NCBI RefSeq assembly: GCF_964355755.1
Contig: NC_092679.1
Location: 3,130,201-3,194,200, forward strand
DNA length: 64,000 bases
From: Antedon mediterranea
Taxonomy: Eukaryota; Animalia; Echinodermata
Reading direction: 5' to 3'
A program made the position numbers and the translations under genes. Under the pieces are notes generated by a model. It saw only the letters and a list, made by a program, of their open reading frames with translations, did not search any database and had not been told where the DNA came from. Position 1 is the first letter of the stretch; each line of letters opens with the position of its first letter. Positions 25,801 to 36,921 of the stretch are shown one piece after another.

Positions 25801-28800
25801 TGTTGTGCCAATTGTTTTTATCTTATATGACCACTGTATCATTCCTAATATATGGATGCAAATTTTTTACTGGTTTAAAAAGTACTTAGATGTTCAACTG
25901 ACATAATTCTTAATATTTGTTTTACTCTATATTCTGTAGGTTATTTAAAAAAACCAAGGACTTACTCGGATGTTCAACTATATTTTGTTTACATGTAATA
26001 CTTACGTCACCTACCACTTATTTTCTCATCGTAATTGAAAACTCAAATTATACTTAAATAATAAATCTAGGTTAAAAAGATTTTTTACTGTACATAAAGC
26101 CAAAATGTTTGAATGTATCAGTCTAGACATACTACTCAGTTTTAAACATGAATTCCTCAATGGTTTAAATAAGAATTTGTCATGATTGTAATTAAAACGT
26201 TGGATAACATTCACATTAGCAACAACAGAAATGATTTGTAATCGGCTAACAGTAATCATAATGATTTTTCATTCCTGCATAACATCTTTGCAATGTCTGT
26301 CTGTCTCTGAGAATTAATATTCACAGACCAAGTCTCCCAATAATTCGCGGGAGGTTCCCTCTAATTTGTGGGAGGTTCCCGATATCTTGTATTATCCCAA
26401 CCCCGCCCCAGAGACATTTTCGGCCGTTGCAACATCTGCAAACTTAGCACCAATATTTAAGTGTATTTTTACAGTACATCTCCAGTCTGGCTAAATTTTC
26501 TTCTACATTCTCCTGATATTTCACTTTTAGTTCTGACTCTGAATTTGAATTATCATGGAGTAAAGAATGAATGTATTCTTTCTTATTCTTTACTCCATGG
26601 AATTATCAAATCAGGGTGGTGCAGATACACATAGGGATTGGTAGTTCACAATGCTATGGTTAGATAGCATGTTTAAGCAATATAGTATGTCTGTATGGTT
26701 CTGTAGTGTGAGTTGTTCAACAGTCGTTTGTTCACTAGCATTCATTCAACCAGTAGTGACAATGAAGTGTACCACCATGTGAAATGATTAAAGTAAAGCA
26801 CCTCAGAATAACATGTCAACTATGTTGTGCAATGTTATTTATACATTCATTATTTTATTGTTACTTGTTTAAACTCGCACTAGGTTTGGAAAAGGTTCAA
26901 AGTTTGAATCACAAATTACATATTTTGTGATTCAAATTTTCAACATAGATATTATAAACAGTGAATAGAGTATTAAGGAGAGCAATTACATTTAATGTTT
27001 TTATTCTCCTAAGATTTTGTCCCAGTAGCCATAGTGATTAGCAACAGATAATGACATTTGAGGTAGAGTCTTTAAAAGCTCTGTCAAATTAGTTTGACAA
27101 AAAAAGAGTGATGTTCCCAAACATGGTAGTGATATGACATCATCATGTTCATATAAGGGCACATCACATTTTGTTCTATTTCCTTTTAAAATTTGTAATT
27201 ATCTCTTGGTGGCTATGAAAACGGTAAAACCAAGCTTGGAAACTTTTTCCAACCCCATCACCAAAACACAAACTGTATCAGAAACTATTTTAAATGTTTT
27301 TTCAATCCGATACATACCTTTTTCATCATTCGGCCAGCTGCTTGCCATCCTCGTATCCCAATGTTACGATTGCTAGCAACAATCAGTTTAATTGCAGACT
27401 CATAGAATTCTACCATATCGAAAAGAGCAGTTGATGACTGAAAAAAGAAGAACTCTCATTTTACACCACTTATAATTTAGTTTTAAAGTACAAGGAAAGA
27501 AGCCTGTATCACATGTGCTGTCACATGTGGTAGTACTCTTTTGTTAACATGTGACTACAGCAGTAGTTCTGTGATTTACCATTAATTGATTTTAGAATGT
27601 ATTACTTTGTATATTGGACAAAGCATTGGTAACAACACTACTGTATATTAATATAGATGTGACAGTCACTTCATGAATTATACCGCATTCTTATCTAGTG
27701 AATATCTTCATATTTTAATATTTAGTAAATTACATTTTTTATAAACTACATTCATTTTAAAGTGACTCGTTAAACTTGAAATAAATTTACCAATCAGGTC
27801 GCTTGACATTAGCTAAGGTTAATGGCCTAGGGCAAATTTAGAAATCACAAAATCCCAACCTATAGTACAATCCATTTAATCATCAAAAATCTTGACGTAA
27901 TTAATTTGTGATCTTTTTTACGTAAGCAGAATGTTTAAGGAGCATTATAAATGAGTTAAAAGCATTTAATGGGATTTTTGTGAATAATTTCATGAGTCCT
28001 TTAAACACAATAGACATATCCTATACAAGTATAGATATATCAAGTAGTTTATATTCATAAAAAAGTATCTTATAATATTACACTGTACAGGATTATTCTG
28101 TATTTGGTTATACTTGGCCTAGAAAACGAGTAGCATAAATATAAATTCATCAAGGCATTAACAAGGTTAGAGGGGAGGGGGTTGGGGTTGTATACATTTT
28201 GAACATTAAAGATAGGTTATTTTAGGCTCTGTCTACACTATCAAACTTTATGTGATAAAAATGGACATGATGATGTCATATCGCTACCATATTTGGGCAC
28301 ATCAACACTTTATTTTGTCAAACTAGTTTGATAGTGTAGACAGAGCTTTAGGCTCTATTTTTTACGCCCTCAAAATGTTTTCTCACCTCATCATCCAAGT
28401 TGCATAATTCCAAATCTACCGTGTGAAACTGAATTCGGCTAAAAACCGATTCCATCGCTTCTATTGTTTTCATGTCCATTTTCTCACCTAAATTATGATT
28501 ACAAGAAATAAAACTGTTTATTAGACAGACATGTTCAGAATGAAAGAAAATGTTGGTACTTATAAATTTATCTCCACTCTTTGAAGAGAAATAATCACTG
28601 TATATTTATTTTATTACTGTGCGAAACAATTTTAACATTACATTGAACCCACAATTGAACCTATTTTTTTTAGCCTTATGAGAATATTCTTCCAACAATA
28701 ACGTTGGTGGGAAGGCTTTGGGAGCAAATGTCATGTCACGCTTACGCAAGTGAATTGTTGTTTGTACACACATCGTGACGTTTCCTCTCAAAACCTTCCC

Positions 28801-31800
28801 ACCATGCATTGTGCAATGACGTCCCTCGCGAAATCAATCGATTTGCGATAAACCTTATACCAAGTAATTTTGTAAAATGAAAAAACGTTGGTATATTATT
28901 TTAAATCTATGAAATCAATAGAGTAACAAATAGGCTTATGTATAGATATAATAAAGCCTTAAGCTCTGAGAAATAATATCAACTAAAGAAAATGAAAGAT
29001 GTAGCTTACTCTTCCATCTTCGTTTATGCTTAATAATTTAGTTATGAAAGCAGCATTAATAGATTCAGTCCCAAGTTAAGTAGATAGTTGTATGTATTCA
29101 AATGGTTTGATCATTATTATGACTACACAATGTTAATGCGATAAACATAGAGATTAAAGGTTAACAATATTATTTGGGAATTTATATAATTCTCTTGGCT
29201 TTTAATACATAGCTTGGTTTATTGCTATTCCACCAGTACACAGTTTAGTGTTTAACCTCTGTGAGCAAGTCAATGCATGTGTATGTATGGTGCTACTATT
29301 GAAATATTGACCATTTTTCCAACAACATGGTTAATTCAATAGCACAGGGTCAGTGGTGTAGGCAGAGGCCTGAGGACCCTGGTTTAGGAATGTAAAGTGG
29401 CCTTCGTTGGAGCCTTTTTCGACTTATTTTAATGCCTGTTTTTTCCTCTGGACACTGTTCTGGTGTCCTCATAATCTCCAGGGCCCCTGGGTTTAGCCAG
29501 TGAGCGCTCATAGCCATTAGGCCACTGCACAGGGTCTAAAAATCTACTGAATTTTTAGACTACTAGCCCAATGTTCTACTATCTAGTACTAATTGGCAGA
29601 AAAATCCTATGGCAAAAACTATTATTGTACACTTTTCTGTATACTGAAGTTTAGTCATTTTATATAAGTATAATAATGTTTTTTCAATTATCCTGAAATG
29701 CCCTATGGGGTTAAATTTACGCTAAAATCTATTTGCTTTTGCCTTTTGCTGTGAATATTCCATTTTGTGTATTCAATTTGTAATGGTTTTTTAACCTATA
29801 AGCTGTATTTTATTCTCCTTTCTACATTTTAACCAATTTGATTTAATGTTCTTTTTTTTAAATGAACTGATGTTTTGAAACATGTCATTTGTAACCATTA
29901 AGATCTACAAAATTTGAAAAAAAAAAAAAGAAACATAAATTTTAGTTGGTTCTAGCCAGTAAGCGCCGATTAAAAAGGATTTTATATCCGGAAGAAAGTG
30001 TAATTAAAACCTATATAATGATGTAGATGCCATCTTCTATGTCAGCTGCTTGCAGAAAAATGATAATTTACTTTAAGTGGTCCATAAAATAGCTGGGAAT
30101 TTTATTAGTTATTTTGAATCAGAATACCAACAGATAAAATGAAAATAATCACAATCTATCACAGAATGATAATAATGTATTAGATGGTATACAACAACAA
30201 ATCTACAGTAGGATTAATAGTTATGGTGAAAATAGATATCAAAATTTATATAACACCTATATAAATTCCTGTCATTTGATTGGACGAATGTGGGTCACAT
30301 GGCGTGCAATAGTACGCACTATTCAACGATCGTTAAATAGTACTTTTTGAAACATTTTTGTGTACGAAAACAAAACGTCTAGATGTTATATAAAACAAAT
30401 AATGAATGTTTTGTATTCGTGTAATGGTACAAATAATGGCACTTGGTGAATGATGAAAGGTTATATCAACTCGGCTTTGCCTCGTTGATATAACCTTTCA
30501 TCATTCACCTCGTGCCATTATTTGTACCATTGCACTCATAAACATTCATTATTTGTATAATAGATCATTTTAGCTGTCAAGGGAGGAGCTGTCAAATTAA
30601 GATTAATTAAGGAGGAGGCCACTAAATTAACCACTAGCCTCAATGGCTATGTTACTATCTGGCCTCTGCAAGAGACTTGTCTGTCGTAAAATATTTAATT
30701 AAACTATTCCATGGATCCGTCTCGAATAGTGAATGTTTATGATGAGTGCAATAGTACAAATATGATCGTGATGAGTTTAAAATATAACATTACATTGATG
30801 TTCTATTGCACAAACTTTAGATGTATTGTTATATAAAACAAATGAATGTTTATATAGATCCTTGTGATTTAAAGGTGACTATTGCACATAACAGGAATGA
30901 ACGCACATAGTACAAATTTGCACTCATATATAATGAAAACGAACTCTTTATGTCGCATGGGTTCAATAGAGTATACCAATACACAGATTATCAGTACATT
31001 GAACAAATACTGTAAAAATCAGGACACACACACACACAATCATTACAAAATAAACATACTTTCTATATTTATTATAGTTCAAAAAATAATCTATATCAGT
31101 TTAACAATCAAACAAAAAATACTGTATACTGTATTCATTAATATTATAACATCTATCCATCAAACATTTAGTAACAGGGAACACAAGCTAAATTCATTAT
31201 ACTAGTGTTCTACTATCTTTAACATTATTAACATAATCATTTATTCCTAGACTATCCCAAGAGTACCTCTATCATTGTATGAATTCATTATGTATGGTAT
31301 CTTTATCAGAGAATTGTGACGTCGTCGTCGTTGATACTTGACATAATGGACATACTGATGGTCACAGAGATTGCAATACTTTCTTCCAATAAATAAAGTA
31401 CAGTGGCGTAGCAGCTATGAGCGCTCACTGGTTAACACCCCAGAGCTTACAGAGCCCTGGAGCATGGCATAGAGGACGAAAAGATGCATTAAAATATGTC
31501 GAAAAAGGCTTTAATAGAGGCCTCCAGCATTGGAAGGTGGGCACTTAGGGTTCATAAACCAGTAGCTTAGCATTGGGTCCCTGTGTTATGCCACTGGCTA
31601 AGTACCAACCATAAGAATGTTAACAGTAACACTGTACAAAGATCTAATATTACCTGACCACACCTCTAAATGTTTACATCTACCCTCAATCTTTGTTTGC
31701 ACTATCAGGGCCAGACATCAAAGGGAAGAAGATGACACACATGTATCTTAAATTTCCTCCTGTTTTAATGTCTGCTTCACCTCTTTCATCCCTTCTACTG

Positions 31801-34800
31801 CTGTACAAATTTCTTTCCCCCTTTCTTTTTAAAACTGTTTGTTTTAGAGCATTTTTACAAACTATAGGAAACGGTAACCAAGGGTAACAATAATGAACAG
31901 TATACTCTGGTAAAAACTATCTACTGAACATTTTTAACATTAGGCAAGTGTAATTAATGGTATATTTAATGTTTAAATAATGTGGTTGAATGTTTTCATT
32001 ATTTGTTTGTATGTGTCGTCCACACTTGTGTGCAGTTCAGCCCAGTTAGTCTGCAACAAGAAAGTCAAAGGGTATTCCCCCAAATTCATATAATATACAT
32101 ATTTGTTTACCTTTCAATTGCAATGTCTCTATTCTTGACTTGAAATCAGCTGTATTCTGAAATGCAAATAAAAATAATTATTATTTCAATAACTGTATTT
32201 TAACAGATAATTGAAACTGTAGTGTGTTACATACTAATTCCTGTTGGGAATACACACAAAGATTCATTATTTTTTGCTCGTACGTTCTACACCTATCTTT
32301 AGAGAAACAATTATAGAGCTTCAACGTTAGACAATTTTATGATAATCATTTATTTAATATGGCTGATGGTTTACGCATTATCCACTATAGAGAATCAGTA
32401 AATTTTTGCCTATAGAAGAATAATTATTATTATGAAAAGATACAAATATATGTATCTTTTCTACTGTAGGTTTACACATCATCAATTCACTGTAATCATA
32501 AATTAAGTCTAGGAACTGCTTTGTTTTTTTTCCTATTCTTTTCCTAATTATTGTGTACATGATTACTGAATAAATAGAATTTTTTTAAATTTATTTATTT
32601 GCACAAAAACATTCCAACAGGAACAAAGTCCCCACTTAAGCTCTGTCCACACTATTAAATTTTATGCGACAACAAAATTTGATGTCATATCACTACCATA
32701 TTTGGGCACATCACACATTTTTTTGTCATAACTAGTTTGATAGTGTAGACAGAGCTTTACAGGTGATGTTTGACAACAAAAATATCCTTAATGAACATTC
32801 TAAAATATACTGTAACAATTAAATAAAGATTTGTGAAATAAATTACAAGCGTAAATATAATCAACGTTTGTGGCCATCATTCAATTATTATTATTCCCCA
32901 TCTGGTCTGTATTCAGCAGCAATATCATAAACATATTAAAACTTTCTTAAAAGCGTGGTTCCCACTAGAGACACAACAATGTAAAGATGTAGACGCAATG
33001 TAAGTGCATTGACCAATGACAAGTGACAGTTCAAATAATTCATCACTTGTGATTGGTTAAATCCTCCATAGTGGAACAAAGCATTAGTTGGGATTGTCGC
33101 ACAGGTACCAACAAAAAAATAATCATTGTAAGAATTTTTTTTTAATTTAAAAAGAGCAGTTATGGTGAAAGTAGCTGTCATGATCTCTTAAGTATTTTCT
33201 CAATGTTGCTGGTTGTTAAGCATGATTCAACTATGCTATTGGCTATTTCACTAGCGTTCTAAATGTCACAGACTTTTATGGTGAAATTTACAGGTAAAGA
33301 TTGCAATTTAGGTCTAAGATGATGTAATGCATTTTGTAACATTATATCCTTAACCATTACTGCAGTTTGCCACAATGGTTTTTAATTTTATGAAGACATG
33401 TTTGTTTCTGACAATACATTTTCTATTTCAATATAATTTATAAATACATACAGCAAGTAATAAAGCATGGTTACTCCCAGTATCTATCTGTTTAACCCTT
33501 TTACATTGTTTAGCAAATCTCTGAAGTTTACAGTACACACATCAGGGCGCGCATCATACAAAATGATGATGTGTGAGTTAACTTTACCCTATGAGGACTA
33601 TTGTACCAAATATTTTGTATTACAGATTAATCCACCCATCCTAGAATTGTTGTAAATTTTACATCCAAGAAACTGATCAATGTATTTCTGTAGATTTCTT
33701 CATAATTTGTAAATAAATCAAAGACATACAAATAAGAAACTTTTAATCATAGTTGCTTGAAGGGTCTTTCACATCTGTTCCGGCGCAGGAAAATCCAATC
33801 AGAACGAATGTTTTGTTTTCATGCGACTACGCGCATATTGATGAATGTCGTGAAAAAGAAACATTGATGTTGAATTCGCCGGACCGAAACCATGCCGGAA
33901 CAGACATGAAAGACCTTTTAATTAGGAATACCTTGCAAACCAAATATAATCGTTAAGAAGTCAAAACCCAATTATAATATTTGACATCATCTGCTTTTCA
34001 AGATATTATTAATCCAATTATTGTCATTTTACTGAAATCTCAAGTAAAAATAATGAATTTATTCCGACACATAATGAATTGATTCAAAATGGATAATTTT
34101 GGTATACAGTATTTAATGAATCACTTTCCAATTCTGCTTGTAATTCATGTAAATATTGTATATACAGTACATACAGTATGACGTTTGGCATACTGTGTAT
34201 AAAGCAGAAACATGAGGTTCAAATCTTGGTTGGAGTGACCTTTTAGAAATTGTCAGTAATTGTTTTTCAGCATTTATTTGGCAATTTTTCACTTATTCCG
34301 TAGTTCTATTCTTTATCATTGGGATTGACAATTGTTATGTTTTAATGTAAAGTTTGATTGCCTTAATTATTCTCATTCCTTTATCAAATACAATTTCTCT
34401 TGATGCCCTTTCTACACAAAAAAGTGTGATGTGCCCAAATATGGTCAATCAAACTCTGAGACAAAAAATGATGTACCCATTGGACATGATGATGTGATAT
34501 CATCACTGCCATATTTAAGCATTTCACTACCATATTTGGGCACATCACACTTTTTTTGTCAAATTAGTTTGATAGTGTAGACAGAGCTTAAAGCTAGTTG
34601 AAAACTTAACCACAGAGTAAAATAAATCTAAACTTTATTTGCTGTCAATAAAATGGAGAGAAAGGGAGTTGTCTCTGACATCATTTGACATCTCATCGGT
34701 GCTCACTTTTTATACATCACTGAAAGGAATTAAATAAATAAACTTTTAGTAGTTTTAAAGCCAAATCTTACCTGTATTAGATTAAGCATCTTTATACTTG

Positions 34801-36076
34801 GTTTAATTTTAAGCCTACCACAGGCTGACTGATAAGCTGATAATAATTCCTCTCTGCTGGGTGATTGAACTGCAAAAGATAATTGATACAATATAGATAA
34901 GATGAATTTGATATAAGCTGTGTTTACATGCACTGCTACCGTTCTATGCACGCTTAAGCCGATGTGAATCATATCCGAGTTACATCCGCCATAAGTGTTG
35001 TGAACCCTCTAGTTTATTATACCTGTGTTATTAACACACACAGTACCTTCAATATAAATCTGATAGGTTTTCATCATTGCATTGCTTTAGATGTCCAAGA
35101 TCAAGGTAAAATCATGTACAGTAATCAATCAGCAGGTTTATCAGATGTTTATTAAACTAGTGTATTTTTTTATGAGTAGGGATAACCCCGGTGTACTAGT
35201 AGTATACACACACCAACTGTCAGTGTCACACACAGACAGATATTATAACTCATCATGAAAGGCCACTTAATTGTCAGAATACGATGAGGGTCACCCACCT
35301 CTATAAACAAGGCTGAATTAAAAGGAAATAAATAAATAAACTCTGATAAACAACAATTTAACTCCAAAAGAGATAAGAGCGTGTAAACATAGTTTTAAAA
35401 TTTAAAAACAATTTAATGAAACAAGAACAAAGAGATAGATATTCTAAACAAAATTGTATATATCAGTTAATAAAAACCCAACTACATATAATAACATTTG
35501 ATGGAAAAATCTCTTTGTTATGTTGCGAGTACATATCGAATTAATATTAATAATAATATTAATAGTTAATACTGTAGAACAATAACATAAGTTCAGTTTG
35601 ATATAGCGCAAAATGCTGGCTGACTCTTCTTAGTCTAAGTGCTGAAACAATCAACAGAAAATCAAAAAAAGAAAACTGTTATAATTAGAATTAATAAATA
35701 TTAATAATAATATAGGCTATATTTAAATATATTAGTTATTGAATTACATAATTCGTATAGGCCTACCTATATGTTTTCAGTTTCAAAATGAAACATAGTT
35801 TCTGCATAAACTTTAAGGTAAACCACAATATATACAGTATGCATAAAGATTTATTATTATAATATTGGAAAACCTAGGCCCAGTCTAAAATCAAAAGGTC
35901 CTGTACAAACCATTTTGCCACGGGTCAGGCGGGTCCAATGTGTTCGAAATTATCTTTTCATCCTGAGGAAAATTAACCCGTCTACCCGGAAGTTTCAACC
36001 TCGACTTTGAAGCAGTTGTAGGAGAAAGAATGCTTTTATAACTTGTTACTGTATTTGTTCCAACCTCTCCTTCCAT
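13891..36076 (-). CDS. PPP1R37: Protein phosphatase 1 regulatory subunit 37 (LRRC68), about 842 aa, 13 coding exons
   Basis: Exons (5'->3'): 36076-35911, 34869-34772, 32156-32111, 28487-28387, 27437-27318, 18290-18140, 18003-17858, 17472-17350, 16987-16846, 16565-16399, 16261-15148, 14635-14519, 13928-13891 (TGA). RVxF motif RRVNFPQDE..DPPDPW, LFDMVEFYESA, GIRGWQA, RNI-like LRRs (LDLRNNHL, TLVLWNNQIT, LETLNLGQNNIGNEG, RTGGLMAL..LLRLDLDRE). The last two exons are supported by phase and splice sites only. Confidence 0.93.
14098..14345 (+). mobile_element. tRNA-head SINE family (AGTGGAGCTGTAGC... head)
   Basis: tRNA-like A/B-box head and A-rich tail. Related heads at ~6672, ~37289, ~37610, ~61558, ~63030. 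Confidence 0.65.
19894..20519. mobile_element. Kolobok-like non-autonomous DNA transposon
   Basis: TTAA|AGACCCCTTCCCTGC...GTAGGGAATGGGGCT|TTAA: imperfect TIRs, RR..YY ends, TTAA TSD. CpG- and TAGGCCTA-rich core. Confidence 0.72.
21409..23712 (+). CDS. Tigger/pogo transposase-derived (TIGD/CENP-B-like) protein, 767 aa, single coding exon, nested antisense in PPP1R37 intron 5
   Basis: Uninterrupted ORF with good ATG context (aaacATGg). N-terminal HTH (QRQLARKYGCSKSQIQRIL), second Tc5-type HTH (LWEWY..GRML..FDASRGWLEKWKKRHG), DDE_1-like core (IWNMELTA, FNAAGEKMEPIVIGK, LLYLDTAPYHP, AWDEL..TVTKCFKKIG), then an acidic/low-complexity tail. AATAAA at 23826-23831. Confidence 0.9.
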   Translation: MAEAEKEKPTQISVESGAKRLCLDMKTKVQIILDKSESPKIGQRQLARKYGCSKSQIQRILSHRAEIIKDWESDCSSTRKRGRSETYGAINSYLWEWYQKCIQSNIHVNGRMLHDEALAYAKLTGVTAFDASRGWLEKWKKRHGVAFSDSNRGRPSIDGKFQNSWAERSSELMSGFQAEDIWNMELTAIYWKALPTTMSSESERGIEQTPNRKLTWAFFFNAAGEKMEPIVIGKNKLPMSFRKLRMPERPFGCRYFSNVKSLIQTSIMKLTLMRLDRRLALERRQILLYLDTAPYHPKTLRDCVQNIHIEFLPKKSPQHTPVLESHLIRSWKIKTRNRFLRYVCSKVGSGLTVEEIAETASLLDTIQWGKLAWDELDAHTVTKCFKKIGLFSDEADELDDLYDGVEFMDLKHLCEKIDSGFDAMQYIEDKVPTCEIPVDASDPKWREMLQQQLIKNIIINQSGEADDNDLGNNHTDDYEFVKDDPMFKSSSEACDSLEQIKLYANNIDDEDLANMLENALDRLRSISINQRKEKMYTSVDHDRTVLNELMMDQHSMEDQDDRSGSMLLLDEDSVNLPETEAVNISDPTNTDLAHDPNNPVHPTAKDDEQDVSDPPHNVLNQQDIRDQTSETRPYISGSSDTVEKPTTSTIEHTVLHQHSNNSSPCAIMNEYSTQSHSVVNTKYFTPPAHTISSAILNKPDNDIRDSLPSNPILPGAPLQIPKPTICDPMHITFKDVKHNDMTRADVSEHAQSAADLCHTDVKDVPMD
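26554..26599. mobile_element. 46-bp P-element-like remnant
   Basis: GAATTAT|CATGGAGTAAAGAAT...ATTCTTTACTCCATG|GAATTAT (7-bp TSD). A 27-bp relative lies at 20579-20605. Confidence 0.75.
28225..28347. mobile_element. PIF/Harbinger MITE family A, complete copy
   Basis: TTA|GGCTCTGTCTACACTATCAAACT...AGTTTGATAGTGTAGACAGAGCT|TTA, a 3-bp TSD typical of PIF/Harbinger. Confidence 0.9.
29351..29527. mobile_element. hAT-type MITE
   Basis: CAGTGG...CCACTG termini with a perfect 8-bp TSD CACAGGGT (29343-29350, 29528-29535). Related copies ~12677-12792, ~23940-24068, ~31401-31596 and an end near 17796. Confidence 0.85.
30386..30560. repeat. Long near-perfect inverted repeat (~175 bp), probably part of a non-autonomous transposon
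   Basis: Arms ..GGTACAAATAATGGCAC..GGTGAATGATGAAAGGTTATATCAAC / GTTGATATAACCTTTCATCATTCACC..GTGCCATTATTTGTACC around TCGGCTTTGCCTC. Confidence 0.85.
32639..32756. mobile_element. PIF/Harbinger MITE family A, complete copy
   Basis: TTA target duplication on both sides, same TIRs. Confidence 0.88.
33761..33917. mobile_element. MITE with ~24-bp TIRs
   Basis: AGGGTCTTTCACATCTGTTCCGGC...GCCGGAACAGACATGAAAGACCTT. Confidence 0.7.
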
Positions 36077-36435
36077 AACTGGACATCTATTTACACCTTT
36101 TTATTGACACATCACTTAAAAATACAAATATTAGGCGTTGTATCCGATCGTCAGTCGTCGCTCGAAAATTTTATATTTTTGCAGTAGTACAGCTGTCCTA
36201 AATTCTCACGAGAAACAGGTTCATAGGTCAAAATACATTCTGAATCTTTTACATAACCGACATCCTGAATGGTTGTCATCGATAAACGTAGTGAACCTTG
36301 GCCAATAAACAACCGATATGTATAACGGTAGGCCAATTGTTATGCTATCTGCTGCCATCTTTCGATTGAACTTGAAATTTTGCGGGGAATTTCTCAGAGA
36401 GTGTGGATGTGTCTGCATCAAATAAATTTGTAAGT
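36077..36435. promoter_or_regulatory. Putative bidirectional promoter PPP1R37/VRK
   Basis: Short CpG-enriched interval between divergent 5' ends. CCAAT twice (~36302, ~36332), YY1-like GCCATCTT (~36355), E2F-like TTTTGCGGGGAA (~36378), near-palindrome TTCTCACGAGAA (~36203). Confidence 0.6.
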
Positions 36436-36921
36436 TTCAATACTTTTAATGACAATAAATGAGTAGGATAATAGCTTTTCTTTTGATATTAGCCTTAATT
36501 TACCTGTATAGATAGTTTAACATATGTTTATTTGTTTTTGGTAGGTAGGCAATAAACGTATAATTAATAGGGTCTGTTTAAGGCTAGGCCTACTAGGGCC
36601 TAGAGGCCTAGCCTAGTAGTAGTAGTAAAAGCTAACTAGCCTATGCTGTTAGTGTTTAGGTCACCGAATGTTAGTGTAGCATATGACTAGGCCTAGTATT
36701 ATTAGGCTAGGTATATTATTTTAGTATGCGGCATATATGTTTACTAGATCCTAACCTTTGCTCCTGTTGCCTTGTATAATTGCTAACACTCTAGTAGTAG
36801 TATAGCCTAGGCCTAGGCTATTATTAATATATAGGCTAATTCAATTAAATATTAATTAATAGCATATATAATTAATATATACATTATTCATTCAACAGAT
36901 CAGATTGAGAAGACATTTGCA

